The position numbers were made by a program, and so were the translations under genes. Positions 10,188-20,280 of a stretch of 64,000 nucleotides of DNA are shown piece by piece (the first letter of the stretch is position 1; every line of letters begins with the position of its first letter). A model generated the notes under the pieces. That model searched no databases, had not been told where the DNA came from, and saw nothing but the letters and a program-made list of their open reading frames with translations. The stretch is from contig CAVVUN010000011.1 in assembly GCA_963751455.1 (NCBI GenBank), forward strand, positions 33,361 to 97,360, in the 5' to 3' direction. This DNA is from Nitrospirota bacterium. Its GTDB lineage: Bacteria > Nitrospirota > UBA9217.

Positions 10188-10541
10188 ATCCTGAATACGG
10201 CAGTTGGACGCAGATGAACGCAGATAACCGCAGATCAAACAAAAGAATTTTGTAACTATTCAGCTTCTTCTCAGAACAGCATTAAGACAAATCTAAGAAA
10301 AAACCCTTCTATCCGCAGATTTCGCAGATTGACGCAGATTCTAAAACCGGAATTCTGTTTTTGTGTTATTATCTGCGAAATCTGCGTAATCTGCGGATAA
10401 AAAAATGACCTGAGTAGTTACAGAATTTTTAGAGAAAAAATTCACCGCAGGGTGATTGCTTGTACGATACAAGAACGTTTTTTTATCCGACCTTATCTGC
10501 GTTTATCCGATTTTTCTGCGTCCCAAATGCATTTTTAGGAT
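10188..10541. repeat. Nested palindromic element: outer CGCAGAT-repeat hairpin element containing a GTAACTATTCAG-ended MITE (10252-10421)
   Basis: Outer IR ATCCTGAATACGGCAGTTGGACGCAGA / TCTGCGTCCCAAATGCATTTTTAGGAT. Inner IR GTAACTATTCAG/CTGAGTAGTTAC flanked by AGAATTTT direct repeats. Confidence 0.75.
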
Positions 10542-10570
10542 AATGGAGTGTTATATCGGCAGGTTATCCA

Positions 10571-11347
10571 ATGATCGTCAAAGAAATCGAAGCAAAAACC
10601 ATCCTCTCCAAGTCCCAGATCTACGACTATACACTGAACGCCTACGTCGGCTGCGCGCATAACTGCGTTTACTGCTACGCCAAGTTCATGAAACGCTTCA
10701 CCGGGCACCGTGAACCCTGGGGAGAGTTCGTCGACGTGAAGATAAACGCTCCTGAGCTGCTGCTCAAAGAGGTGAAGAAAAAGAAGAAGGCAAGAGTCTG
10801 GATCAGCGGAGTGTGCGACGCGTATCAAACGCTCGAGGAGAAGTATAAAGTCACCCGGAAATGCCTTGAAATTCTGATCGACAATGGCTGGCAAGTAACG
10901 ATCCAGACCAAATCTCCGCTGGTCCTGCGTGACATCGATATCTTGAAAAGATCTACGGACGCCGAGGTCGGGTTCACCATGACCACCGCGGACGAGAAAG
11001 TGAGGCGGATTTTCGAGCCGACTGCGCCGCCGATAGAGAAGAGAGCCGAAGCGCTGGCGGTTCTTCATTCCGAGGGGATAAGAACCTATGTCATGGTTGC
11101 GCCCATGCTTCCCGGCGCCGAGGAGCTGGCCAGTCTGCTGAAGGGCTCCGTGGACCATGCTTTGATCGACCGGTACAATTATCATTATGCAGACCGGGTA
11201 TATAAAAAACACGGGATGGAATGGGCCAGGGATGATGAATTTTTCGATCAGAAAGGAGAGGAATTGAGGGCTGCCTTTGAAAAAGAGGGGATACCCTGCA
11301 GGAAGCTGTATTCGCCGGTCGAAGCAATCAGCCGCAGACGTTCATAA
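10571..11347 (+). CDS. Radical SAM protein, spore photoproduct lyase-like family
   Basis: LNAYVGCAHNCVYCYA (CxxxCxxC), DAYQ..E and TKSPLVLRDID motifs. Confidence 0.88.
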   Translation: MIVKEIEAKTILSKSQIYDYTLNAYVGCAHNCVYCYAKFMKRFTGHREPWGEFVDVKINAPELLLKEVKKKKKARVWISGVCDAYQTLEEKYKVTRKCLEILIDNGWQVTIQTKSPLVLRDIDILKRSTDAEVGFTMTTADEKVRRIFEPTAPPIEKRAEALAVLHSEGIRTYVMVAPMLPGAEELASLLKGSVDHALIDRYNYHYADRVYKKHGMEWARDDEFFDQKGEELRAAFEKEGIPCRKLYSPVEAISRRRS

Positions 11348-11356
11348 AGGCAGACA

Positions 11357-11512
11357 TAGAAGCGACGAGAACCGACGAAGGCGACTTGAAACGACCGGAT
11401 GACGATGAAAAACAGGCGCGACGGCGACGGATAGTCGGGCATAGTCGTTTCTAAGTCGCTTCACGCCGCCTCTTCGTCGCTCTCCGGTCTGCTTCACCCA
11501 GCTTCACCCGTC
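11357..11512. repeat. Intergenic GCGAC-repeat inverted palindrome
   Basis: AGAAGCGACGAGAACCGACGAAGGCGAC ... GTCGCTTCACGCCGCCTCTTCGTCGCT between convergent genes. Confidence 0.55.
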
Positions 11513-11513
11513 T

Positions 11514-12140
11514 CTAATACCTGTAGCCGAGATTGATAGTGCTCATGATTCCGTTCAATTTAACCTGCTGCCCGCCGTAGTCGGCTTTGACCCACAGATA
11601 CCTGCCTTCGACGCCGATGAACATTGTGTTCGCAATGTCTATGTCGAAACCGAGGCCTCCATGGAAGCCGTAGGCCTTTTTTGACTTGCTCGAGAAGCTG
11701 CCGGTGTTGCCGCTTACCTCAAGTTTCGTAATATACGCGCCGATGCCCGCCGAGAAGTACGGTCGAAAAGTTCCCGTTGACATAAAGTCCTTTGCAGTTA
11801 TGACAATCGGGACTGCTTTAAGCTTTGCGCTGCCCGGTTCAGCAGACGGAGAACCTTTGCTCTCAAAGTATCCGATGCCGAGTTCAAGAACCATCTCAGA
11901 GTCGGAGAATTGGCCGAGCGCCATCTCCCAGTTGGACCCGGTCGTCATGTCCAGGCGAGAAGTCGTGCTTCCGTTAAAATTACTGATGTCGTACGTTTCG
12001 CTCGGAGAATAGCGGCCTCCCTTTAACACGAAGTAACTCGGTTTGTCAGGGACAGCGTTATCAGCGGCATAGACTGCCGGTGCGATCCCTGTTAATGAAA
12101 CTGCAAGAACAAAGAGTACGGCTGGTTTAAACGTGTTCAT
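11514..12140 (-). CDS. Outer-membrane 8-stranded beta-barrel protein (OmpW/OmpA-TM-like)
   Basis: Signal peptide (AVYA|A), PYFSAGIG, GVEGRY and C-terminal LGYRY. Confidence 0.85.
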   Translation of the reverse strand: MNTFKPAVLFVLAVSLTGIAPAVYAADNAVPDKPSYFVLKGGRYSPSETYDISNFNGSTTSRLDMTTGSNWEMALGQFSDSEMVLELGIGYFESKGSPSAEPGSAKLKAVPIVITAKDFMSTGTFRPYFSAGIGAYITKLEVSGNTGSFSSKSKKAYGFHGGLGFDIDIANTMFIGVEGRYLWVKADYGGQQVKLNGIMSTINLGYRY

Positions 12141-12347
12141 GGTTCTCCTTTTCCCGGAAAAAACGGCATCACTGTTTGCCGGGTGAACTGTTCTTATCAG
12201 TGTATTGTCGAAAGCAGCCGGTGTCAATGGAAAAGGGATGAAGGATTTTATTCTTTACTATCAGTAAAATTACGTTATAATTTTGCGAAATTAAGAGAAT
12301 GGTCTTTCGCGCATATTCATTTGAAGCGCTGAAATGCCTGCCCCGAG

Positions 12348-12722
12348 ATGGTTGTGAATAAAACATCGGATAAAAGAGTAAAGTACATTGCGAAAGATGC
12401 TATCTTTACGGTCGATATATCGGGACCAATGGATGAGAGCACGTTGGCTGATATATCCGGGGCATTAAGAGATTGCATTAAATCCAAAGTAAAAGGCAAT
12501 AAAGCACTTAAATTTCTATTTGATTTTAGAAATGTTCAATGGGATTCGGAGGCAACCCATATGCAAGCGCGAAAGATATCCGGAAAAACTTTACAGGACG
12601 TGCTTCGCGGCCGTAATTATTTCTCGGCGATATTGAATAATCAGCTTGAAGGTCAGTCATCTGAAAATGAATTCTTTTTTAGTCACGAACAAAAGGCGTT
12701 GGACTGGTTAAGAAAGAAATAG
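12348..12722 (+). CDS. Hypothetical protein, SpoIIAA/STAS-SEC14-like
   Basis: LFDFR motif and FFSHEQKALDWL C-terminus. Confidence 0.55.
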   Translation: MVVNKTSDKRVKYIAKDAIFTVDISGPMDESTLADISGALRDCIKSKVKGNKALKFLFDFRNVQWDSEATHMQARKISGKTLQDVLRGRNYFSAILNNQLEGQSSENEFFFSHEQKALDWLRKK

Positions 12723-12743
12723 AAATCAGAAAGGAGATAACGG

Positions 12744-14048
12744 ATGAAGATCGGATTGCAGACGTGGGGCAGTGACGGCGACATTCGTCCTTTTCTTGCC
12801 CTGGCAGGCGGCTTGCGTGCGAGGGGCCATGAGGTTTCGCTGGTCGTGACCAGCGTGGATAACAAGGATTACAGCTCTTACGGCAAGGAAATGGATTTTG
12901 CGCTGTCACACGTCGGCAGGCTGACCTATGATGATAAAACAGTTCGTCTTTTTCGGGATAAGATACTGGGGGCGCCGAATTCCCTGACCCAAATTGAACT
13001 TATCCTGGATCAATATTTTACTCCCGTAGTATCGGAAATGTTCGATGCCGCAAAGCAGCTCTGCGCTGAAAACGACGTAGTCATAGGTCATTTCCTCCAC
13101 TATCCTCTGCAAGCCGCTGCTGAAAAAGCCGGCAAGTCTTATGCAACTGTGACGCTTAACCACGCCGGGATTTATTCAAAACACACCCGGATGTTCGGCG
13201 TGCCTAACCTGGGGAAATGGATGAACCCCTATTGGTGGAAATTATTTAATTTTCTGGTGGATCGTTCAATCGGAACAGACGTAAATAAGTTGAGAAAAAC
13301 AGCCGGATTGCCGCAGGCTTATAAAATCCCGGATACTGTATGGGTGTCTAAGGAATTGAATCTCATTCCCGTGACTTCCGCAATCAGTCGAGAACAGACG
13401 GACTGGCCGGAATATCATCACGTCTGCGGCGTCTTCACTGTCCCGAACACGGCTGAAAAATGGACCATGCCGGACACCTTGAAGCAGTTCCTCAAAAATG
13501 GTCCTGCGCCGGTCTTTATAACTCTGGGAAGCATGTTTTCCCTGGACGCGTCGCCGGACATAACTACGAAAATTCTTGTTCAGGGAGCATTGCTTGCCGG
13601 ATGCAGGGCCATTGTTCAATCCCAATGGGACGAGCTTCGGGAAATTCCCGATCATCCGCAGATCTATAAGATACGGAAAGTGCCTCACCAGTATATTTTC
13701 CCGCATTGTTCCGCGATTGTTCATCACGGCGGCGCAGGCACGACTCATTCGGCGATGCTTCATGGCTGTCCCTCGATTGTCATAGAACACTTCGGGGACC
13801 AGCTGTTTTTTGCTAACGAATTGCAGCGCCTGGGTGTGGCCCCTGAGGTTCTGCACAGAAAAAACCTTTCTGCGGATAAGTTGGCGAAGGCAATAAGGAC
13901 GGTTCTGGGTGATCCTGATATGAAAAAACGGGCTGAAGCTCTTGGTGGAATAATGATGAAGGAAAATGGCGTAAAAAGTGCGGTGGAATTGATAGAAAAG
14001 CGTTTCACTATAAAGGCGGTTGGAACCGCAGGTGAACGCACTTTCTGA
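12744..14048 (+). CDS. GT1 glycosyltransferase (sterol glucosyltransferase-like)
   Basis: GSDGDIRPFLALA..L.ARGHEV, VHHGGAGTT and GDQ motifs. Confidence 0.9.
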   Translation: MKIGLQTWGSDGDIRPFLALAGGLRARGHEVSLVVTSVDNKDYSSYGKEMDFALSHVGRLTYDDKTVRLFRDKILGAPNSLTQIELILDQYFTPVVSEMFDAAKQLCAENDVVIGHFLHYPLQAAAEKAGKSYATVTLNHAGIYSKHTRMFGVPNLGKWMNPYWWKLFNFLVDRSIGTDVNKLRKTAGLPQAYKIPDTVWVSKELNLIPVTSAISREQTDWPEYHHVCGVFTVPNTAEKWTMPDTLKQFLKNGPAPVFITLGSMFSLDASPDITTKILVQGALLAGCRAIVQSQWDELREIPDHPQIYKIRKVPHQYIFPHCSAIVHHGGAGTTHSAMLHGCPSIVIEHFGDQLFFANELQRLGVAPEVLHRKNLSADKLAKAIRTVLGDPDMKKRAEALGGIMMKENGVKSAVELIEKRFTIKAVGTAGERTF

Positions 14049-14091
14049 AGTATCCGTGTTTTAACCGTGTTAATCCGTGGTTACTACCGTT

Positions 14092-15042
14092 TCAGGATTT
14101 CTTCCATTCTTTCTGCCGTGCCTCGGCCTCGCCGGCCTCTACTTCGGACAGCAGTTCGAGATAGGTCTCATAGCGTTCCTTTGATACCAGCCCGCGTGCA
14201 ACCAGGTCGGCAACTGCGCAGCCGGGTTCGGTTCGATGACGACAGTCTCGGAAACGACAGGTCTCCTCACCCGTCTTCTCAAATCCGGGGAAATAGGCCG
14301 CTAGGTCCTCAGCCGAAATATCAACCAGACCGAAGTCCTGAAATCCGGGAGTATCGATCAACTCGCCGCCGGAAGCAAAGGAATGGAGCGTGGAAACCGT
14401 GGTCGTATGGCAGCCGCGGTTGCTGATGCCGTTGATCTCCCCGACCTTGAGCTCGGCTCCCGGGCAGAGAGCGTTCAGCAGGGAGCTTTTTCCCGCACCG
14501 GTTATGCCGACAAAGGCCCCGCGTCTGCCTTTCAAAAAATCCAAAACAGAGTCAAGTCCGTCTCCCGCAGAAGCGCTTAGGGGAAAAACCGGGACCGCTC
14601 CGTCATAGGCGGTTTTCAGGAGGTCCACCAGGTCGTCGGAGCCGGCAAGGTCGCATTTGTTGACCACGACAAAGGGAAGTAGGTCTGCGGCCCGCGCTGC
14701 AACGATTGCCCGGTCAACGAAGCCGGGAGGAGGCACGGGCAGCAGGGCCACAACCACGCCGAGCACGTCAAGGTTCGCTCCGACCAGGTGAATGCCTCCC
14801 CGGGCGTCCTTGCGGAGCAGTTCTGTTCTTCGGGGCAGCCGGACCAGTATCTCGTCGGAAATCCGTACGCCATCGCCGACCACGTGGCCGGACCGCCGCT
14901 TGACCCCGATCATGCTGCGGAGGCCGTCGGTGAACAGCACTTCAACCGATACGCCGTGGTGGGCGACGATCAAACCCTCTTTCCCCGTGAACAGACGGGA
15001 AGGATTAACAGGCTTGCCGGATTTATACCTTTCTTTTTTCAA
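14092..15042 (-). CDS. rsgA: Ribosome small subunit-dependent GTPase A
   Basis: Circularly permuted NKCD, GITGAGKSSLLN, HTTT, DTPG motifs and CRFRDCRH..EPGC Zn site. Confidence 0.93.
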   Translation of the reverse strand: MKKERYKSGKPVNPSRLFTGKEGLIVAHHGVSVEVLFTDGLRSMIGVKRRSGHVVGDGVRISDEILVRLPRRTELLRKDARGGIHLVGANLDVLGVVVALLPVPPPGFVDRAIVAARAADLLPFVVVNKCDLAGSDDLVDLLKTAYDGAVPVFPLSASAGDGLDSVLDFLKGRRGAFVGITGAGKSSLLNALCPGAELKVGEINGISNRGCHTTTVSTLHSFASGGELIDTPGFQDFGLVDISAEDLAAYFPGFEKTGEETCRFRDCRHRTEPGCAVADLVARGLVSKERYETYLELLSEVEAGEAEARQKEWKKS

Positions 15043-15123
15043 GCAAACACCATGGTCAATGATTCATCCCCAGCGATATATATTTTCAAAACTCGAAAAC
15101 CGACTTAAAATAGAACCAAATTT

Positions 15124-15254
15124 TCGCGCAAAGGCGCAAAGAAAGGATAAAAACGGTCATATGTAAGTAAAGTTATTAATAAAGTCCTTAAGGATCATAA
15201 GTTTTTTCAGTAAGAGTTTCGTTTTTCTTTGCGCGCTTCGCGGCTTTGCGCGAG
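15124..15254. repeat. Intergenic CGCAAAG-repeat inverted palindrome
   Basis: TCGCGCAAAGGCGCAAAG ... CTTTGCGCGCTTCGCGGCTTTGCGCGA. Confidence 0.6.
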
Positions 15255-15276
15255 ACAGATTCAAGTGATGATCGGT

Positions 15277-15879
15277 TCAGCGTTTCGCGTCTTTCAGTCC
15301 GATGGTGACCCGTGCGATACTGTCGGCGATGATGTCCTCAATCTCATCCAGCATCTTTGCTGTTGCAGCCGGGTCCTCATCCGCTGCCTTCGGGTCGAAT
15401 TCCGCGCACTCGGCGATATATTTATCCAATCGCGTTGACGCCTCCGTCAGTTCGTGCATCGCGTCAACCGCGTCTTCGGAAAAGTCGTCTTCTTCCGTTC
15501 CGCCAAGATTCAGTCCTGCTATGAAGTATTGCACCATCGATAGATTGTCTGTCAGGTGCTGCAGCACGCCCTGATAATTGTCAGGATACTCCGTCTCCGG
15601 AAAATAGAAGGGGTCCTCTTCAGGTTTCCGTTGAGCAATGAAGTTCCAGAGCGACTGCAGATTGTCCCTCAGGTTTTCAGCGTCTGCTGCGGAAACAGGA
15701 GAGGCGGGATCTTCCTCGAAAATCACGGGCAGATACTCTTCAGGATCGGCCGGGTCAGGCGCGGCCATGCCTCCGTAAAAAAGGCCGTAAATCTCATGGA
15801 GCGTTCGTTCAGACCCGACCTTCGTGAGCGCTTCGCGCGTCACGTTGTCGTCAGTATAGCTCGTTAACGTATTTCCCAT
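15277..15879 (-). CDS. UPF0149/YecA-like protein
   Basis: LHEIYGLFYGGMAAP..P.EYLPVIF pattern in an acidic helical protein. Confidence 0.65.
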   Translation of the reverse strand: MGNTLTSYTDDNVTREALTKVGSERTLHEIYGLFYGGMAAPDPADPEEYLPVIFEEDPASPVSAADAENLRDNLQSLWNFIAQRKPEEDPFYFPETEYPDNYQGVLQHLTDNLSMVQYFIAGLNLGGTEEDDFSEDAVDAMHELTEASTRLDKYIAECAEFDPKAADEDPAATAKMLDEIEDIIADSIARVTIGLKDAKR

Positions 15880-16077
15880 CGGCTTGTAACCTCTCTCTCA
15901 GGTTCTTCGTTGCTTCACATCATTATACGTCATTAGCAACCCGATTTACAGAAAAGGTTCGGCTCCGCCCGAACGACATAAACCTATTCGCAATCCGCAA
16001 TCCGAAATCCGAAATTGGATATTTCCCTTGCCCCTTACTTCAAAATCCGTTATTCTCGCCTTAATGGGGGAGGTTCA

Positions 16078-16602
16078 ATGAATATTCTCGAAATCATCAA
16101 AACCAGGCGGAGTGTGCGGGAGTTCATCGACCGGAAGATCCCTGAGAACGCAATTGATGTTCTGATCGAGGCTATTCGCTGGGCGCCCAGTGCCGGAAAT
16201 CTTCAGAGCAGGAAGTTTTATTTTGTCTTCAATGAGGAATTGCGAAAGAAGCTCGCTCAGGCTGAGCTCAAACAGAATTTCGCAAGCTTTATCACGCGTG
16301 CGCCTCTCGTGGTCGTCGCTTGCGCGGACCACCAACTCGCTTCACGCTATGGCGAGCGGGGCATCCGCCTCTACTCCATCCAGGATACGGCTGCAAGCGT
16401 TCAGAACCTTCTCCTTGCTGCGCACGATCTTGGCCTGGGCACCTGCTGGGTCGGTGCGTTTAAAGAGGAGAACGTGAAGGAAATTCTGAATCTGCCTGAC
16501 AACCTGGTCCCTGTTGCCGTCATCCCGGTCGGGTATCCTGCGCTGACCCCTAAAGCCCCTGATCGTGTATCCAGGATGGATGCGGTAAAATTGGTACCCT
16601 GA
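16078..16602 (+). CDS. Nitroreductase family protein
   Basis: RRSVREF, WAPSAGNLQ and LGLGTCWVG motifs. Confidence 0.92.
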   Translation: MNILEIIKTRRSVREFIDRKIPENAIDVLIEAIRWAPSAGNLQSRKFYFVFNEELRKKLAQAELKQNFASFITRAPLVVVACADHQLASRYGERGIRLYSIQDTAASVQNLLLAAHDLGLGTCWVGAFKEENVKEILNLPDNLVPVAVIPVGYPALTPKAPDRVSRMDAVKLVP

Positions 16603-16655
16603 CTTTTCAGCAAGAAGCCAAGTCCTCCGGTAATAAGATATGATGAAAGCGATAT

Positions 16656-17141
16656 ATGACTACATTGAAAGAAGTTCAGATCTACACAGACGGCGCATGC
16701 AAACGGAATCCCGGGCCCGGCGGATACGGGGTCGTTCTCCATTATAATGAACATGAAAAGACCCTTTCCGGAGGGTTTCGTTTGACCACAAACAACCGGA
16801 TGGAGATGCTGGCCGCGATAGCAGGACTTGAAAGCCTTTCCGGCGCGTGCAGCGTCACCATTACCAGCGACTCGAAATACCTTGTTGATGCCATAGATAA
16901 GGGCTGGGCCCGCAAATGGAGAAGCAAAAACTGGAAGAAGAGTGATGGCGAAAAGGCACTGAATCCGGACCTCTGGAGCAGGTTGCTGGATCTCTGCGAT
17001 CGTCACCGGGTGAGATTCGTGTGGGTCCGCGGGCACGCCGGGCACGCGGAAAATGAGCGCTGCGACGAGATGGCAACTACCGCGGCTGCCGGAGAAAACC
17101 TGCCCGCGGATGAAGGATATGAACTAATCGCAATCCAGTAG
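16656..17141 (+). CDS. rnhA: Ribonuclease HI
   Basis: IYTDGAC.NPGPGG, TTNNRME, SDSKY and [15 protein letters not shown] motifs. Confidence 0.97.
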   Translation: MTTLKEVQIYTDGACKRNPGPGGYGVVLHYNEHEKTLSGGFRLTTNNRMEMLAAIAGLESLSGACSVTITSDSKYLVDAIDKGWARKWRSKNWKKSDGEKALNPDLWSRLLDLCDRHRVRFVWVRGHAGHAENERCDEMATTAAAGENLPADEGYELIAIQ

Positions 17142-17198
17142 TATCTGAGCTTTGGATCATCACGTACATACCGCTTATTCAAACGCAGGAGGTAGTGC

Positions 17199-17990
17199 AT
17201 GCAACTTGAAGTGATATCAAAAGAACCTGCCTCCGACAATCCCCGCCCCACGCCGCTCCTCTTTGTGCATGGCTTCTACGTTGGAAGCTGGGTCTGGCCC
17301 GAACACTTCCTCGGCTACTTCGCTGCACACGGCTACTCCGCACACGCGCTGAGTTTGCGCGGACATGGGCAAAGCGAGGGCCGCAAGGGGTTACGCTGGG
17401 TGCGCCTCGCTGACTACGTTGACGATCTGGCACAGGTTGTTTCGCAGTTGCCCACGCCGCCTGTCCTTATCGGACACTCGTATGGCGGCGCAATCGTCCA
17501 GAAGTATCTCGAAACCCGGACCGTGCCGGCTGCTGTTTTGCTCGCTTCAGCGCCGCCCCAGGGTCTGTTGCAGACACTGTTGCGTATGGCACGGCAATAT
17601 CCGTTGTTGTTTCTCAGGGCGAATCTCACCTTTAGCCTCTATCCGTTTGTCAGCACGCCTGCCATAGCCCGCGCTCTTTTTTTTTCGTCTGGTATGTCAG
17701 AGGAGAAGGTGCGTGAGTCTCAAGCGCGTATGTCGGACGAATCGTATCGTGGCTTTCTTGACATGCTGTTCCTGAATCTGCCGAAACCGAAGCGCATCTC
17801 CTCACCGATGCTGGTATTGGGTGCAGCCGATGACAGGACTTTTCTGCCGAGTCAAGTCGAAGCTACTGCGCGCGCCTATAACACCCAGGCCGTTATTTTC
17901 CCGAACATGGGGCATGTGATGATGTTGGAAGAAGGGTGGGAGGCAGTAGCCGGGCGGATAATCGCGTGGTTACAGGAAAAGGGATTGTGA
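17199..17990 (+). CDS. Alpha/beta hydrolase
   Basis: FVHG, LRGHG, GHSYGG and GH.MMLE motifs. Confidence 0.92.
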   Translation: MQLEVISKEPASDNPRPTPLLFVHGFYVGSWVWPEHFLGYFAAHGYSAHALSLRGHGQSEGRKGLRWVRLADYVDDLAQVVSQLPTPPVLIGHSYGGAIVQKYLETRTVPAAVLLASAPPQGLLQTLLRMARQYPLLFLRANLTFSLYPFVSTPAIARALFFSSGMSEEKVRESQARMSDESYRGFLDMLFLNLPKPKRISSPMLVLGAADDRTFLPSQVEATARAYNTQAVIFPNMGHVMMLEEGWEAVAGRIIAWLQEKGL

Positions 17991-18119
17991 GAAGATTGTA
18001 TTTAGACGCGATGGCAACGGTCAAAGCTTTATTTGCTGCATCATATTGATAAATCGATGTTAACGTGATAGAGTTCCGTTTATTAATTGTGGTTTCATAG
18101 ATTGCGCATTGAGGCCTCC

Positions 18120-19340
18120 ATGATAAAACTGATCTGGTTACCCGCTGTAATGATGCTATCAGCATGCATAGGGGCCTATGTTCCTTCACTCACGAAAATG
18201 CCCACCGATTCTGTCCGATCGCTCTCGACAACAACTGACGAAACCGCAGTACGCTATGTTCCGGGCAGCAGCCGAAAAATATGCCAGTTGACCGGAGACT
18301 TTGACTGGGAACGGGACGAATTCACGCCGAACAAGACGCTGCACGTCGGCATACTCGGGACTGATCTTGGTTCATCGTTCGTCCATGCAGGCAGGACGTA
18401 TTTTCTGTTCGGAGATACAGCGGGCCTGTCGCTCCTCGCTGACGATAGCATTGCGTTCACGACAGACATTGATCCCGAACACTGTCTCAAACTTCAATTC
18501 GAGACTAACGCCTTCGGCTTGTTCAGGTCATTGCGCATTCCCGGCGTCTCCACAAGGTTCATGGAGGTGCCGACCGGCGGGTTCAGCGCGCACGGGAATA
18601 TGTACATTATTTATGCGACGGATACAACGTTGCTCAAAAAGATGGGCCGGTCTGTTTTGGCTCGTTCAAGCGACCATGGGAAGCATTTCACCTATCTCTA
18701 CGACCTGTCCGTCAACAAGTTTATCAATGTCGCTCCGGTCGTTGTAGAGAATGCAGAAATTCCCGGTCTGCCTGACGCGTCAGGCAAGAGTGTTCTTCTT
18801 TGGGGGAGCGGAGTTTACAGGAAAAGCGATCCCTATCTGGCATATCTTCCTCTGGAGAGCGTGGATGATCCGAAGACATTACGCTACTATGCCGGACTGA
18901 ACGAGAACGGGACCCCGCGGTGGAGCAACCGGGAATCCGATGCGAGCGCTCTTTTCGATCAGGGCTGTATAGGTGAGCTCTCAGCAGCATGGAATCCCTT
19001 CATCCGCAAATGGCTGCTGCTCTACAACTGCCGCGGCCGAGGGATCTTGTTCCAGACAGCGGATTCACCCTGGGGACCCTGGTCGCAGCCCCAGGTGCTC
19101 TTCAATGGCTGGAGAGACGGGGGGTATTGTCATTTCATACATGCGAGCTGGCTGTCCCGTTGGTGCGATGCGGTCAATGATCTGGGACGAGGATTTACCA
19201 CGGGCGGGGTATATGGACCTTACATGCTTCCCGGCTTCTTTAAGGGGAATGAAAAGTCTACGACTATTTATTTCGTGATGTCCACCTGGAATCCTTATCA
19301 GGTTGTACTGATGAAAGCGACACTCGCAATTAGTGATTAA
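18120..19340 (+). CDS. DUF4185 family lipoprotein (5-bladed propeller, glycosidase-like)
   Basis: Lipobox LSAC, GTDLG, FLFGDT, GELS, PWGPWS, YGPY and MSTWNPYQV motifs. Confidence 0.85.
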   Translation: MIKLIWLPAVMMLSACIGAYVPSLTKMPTDSVRSLSTTTDETAVRYVPGSSRKICQLTGDFDWERDEFTPNKTLHVGILGTDLGSSFVHAGRTYFLFGDTAGLSLLADDSIAFTTDIDPEHCLKLQFETNAFGLFRSLRIPGVSTRFMEVPTGGFSAHGNMYIIYATDTTLLKKMGRSVLARSSDHGKHFTYLYDLSVNKFINVAPVVVENAEIPGLPDASGKSVLLWGSGVYRKSDPYLAYLPLESVDDPKTLRYYAGLNENGTPRWSNRESDASALFDQGCIGELSAAWNPFIRKWLLLYNCRGRGILFQTADSPWGPWSQPQVLFNGWRDGGYCHFIHASWLSRWCDAVNDLGRGFTTGGVYGPYMLPGFFKGNEKSTTIYFVMSTWNPYQVVLMKATLAISD

Positions 19341-19366
19341 CACACCTCAGGCTCAGGATTGCTATA

Positions 19367-19855
19367 GTGCACATTAAAAGATTCCGACATATCGCCCTTG
19401 TGACTGGCGATTTGGACAAAATGATTAATTTTTACACTCACGTGCTGGGTTTTGAGGTGAAACGCCGTTTTGAAATTAAGAGCGGAGATTTTCAAAAGGG
19501 GATTGGTGTTGTCGGAGCCGAGGCCAAAGGAGCCCATTTGGCTATTCCAAACTCCAATGTGGAAATGGAACTATTCCAGTTTACCAACCCTTTGCTCCAT
19601 ACCACTGGTTCTTCTTTGCCGGCGAATCACCCGGGATATCGTCACATTGCGCTGATCGTGAGCAACCTGCATGAAGCATATCTGGAACTTAAGAACAAAG
19701 GTGTTGTATTTCTGTCAGAGCCCGTCATTGTGAAGGAGCCTAAGGAAGTGGCAGGGTTCCAATTTGTATATTTCCGGGATTCCGAGGGGAACATCATCGA
19801 ATTGAATCCCGCGACTTGCAATCCCCCGGCTCTTGCCGGGGGTAATGCGCCGTAG
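19367..19855 (+). CDS. VOC/glyoxalase family protein with C-terminus replaced by mini-element sequence
   Basis: HIALVT.DL..FY..LG, ELFQF, HIALIV and YFRDSEGNIIEL motifs. Confidence 0.9.
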   Translation: MHIKRFRHIALVTGDLDKMINFYTHVLGFEVKRRFEIKSGDFQKGIGVVGAEAKGAHLAIPNSNVEMELFQFTNPLLHTTGSSLPANHPGYRHIALIVSNLHEAYLELKNKGVVFLSEPVIVKEPKEVAGFQFVYFRDSEGNIIELNPATCNPPALAGGNAP

Positions 19856-19914
19856 TCCGCTGGGAGGTCGCGTTGTTCAGGGGAGCCTCCGGCTCCTGCC
19901 GGAGGGGGCTCCAC
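19807..19914 (+). mobile_element. 108-bp non-autonomous IS200-type miniature element, copy 2
   Basis: Identical to the reverse complement of 6864-6971. Inserted after TTGAA; removal restores ...IELNQLPEWA*. Confidence 0.85.
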
Positions 19915-20280
19915 TCAACTGCCGGAATGGGCCTAACACCGGCTTAACGAGTCGTTCAATGTTTGCCTTTACATTCCGCAATCCGAACTCCTCCAATTCA
20001 ACCGTCTCCCGTCACCCCATCGCATCTCGGCCTCCGAAGTTCTTCCTGACCTGTTGCCGCATCTATTAGCAATATAACAACTTTATATAGTAATTTGCAC
20101 ATACCCTGAAAATACCCCATCGTTATCATTGACATCTTCTTATATCAAGCATATAGTCATCAAATACTGCCATCTGAGAATAAACCACCTGACTATCCAC
20201 GTAAATCGAGTAAACAAACCTGCGTACTATTTTGAAGAGATAGATAAAATTCCGTCGAGTACGCTTCATAATGGAGTCTT

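Noticed and set aside
10188-10541. CRISPR array
   Set aside because: The repeats are 7-10 nt inverted units without regular unique spacers, and there are no cas genes.
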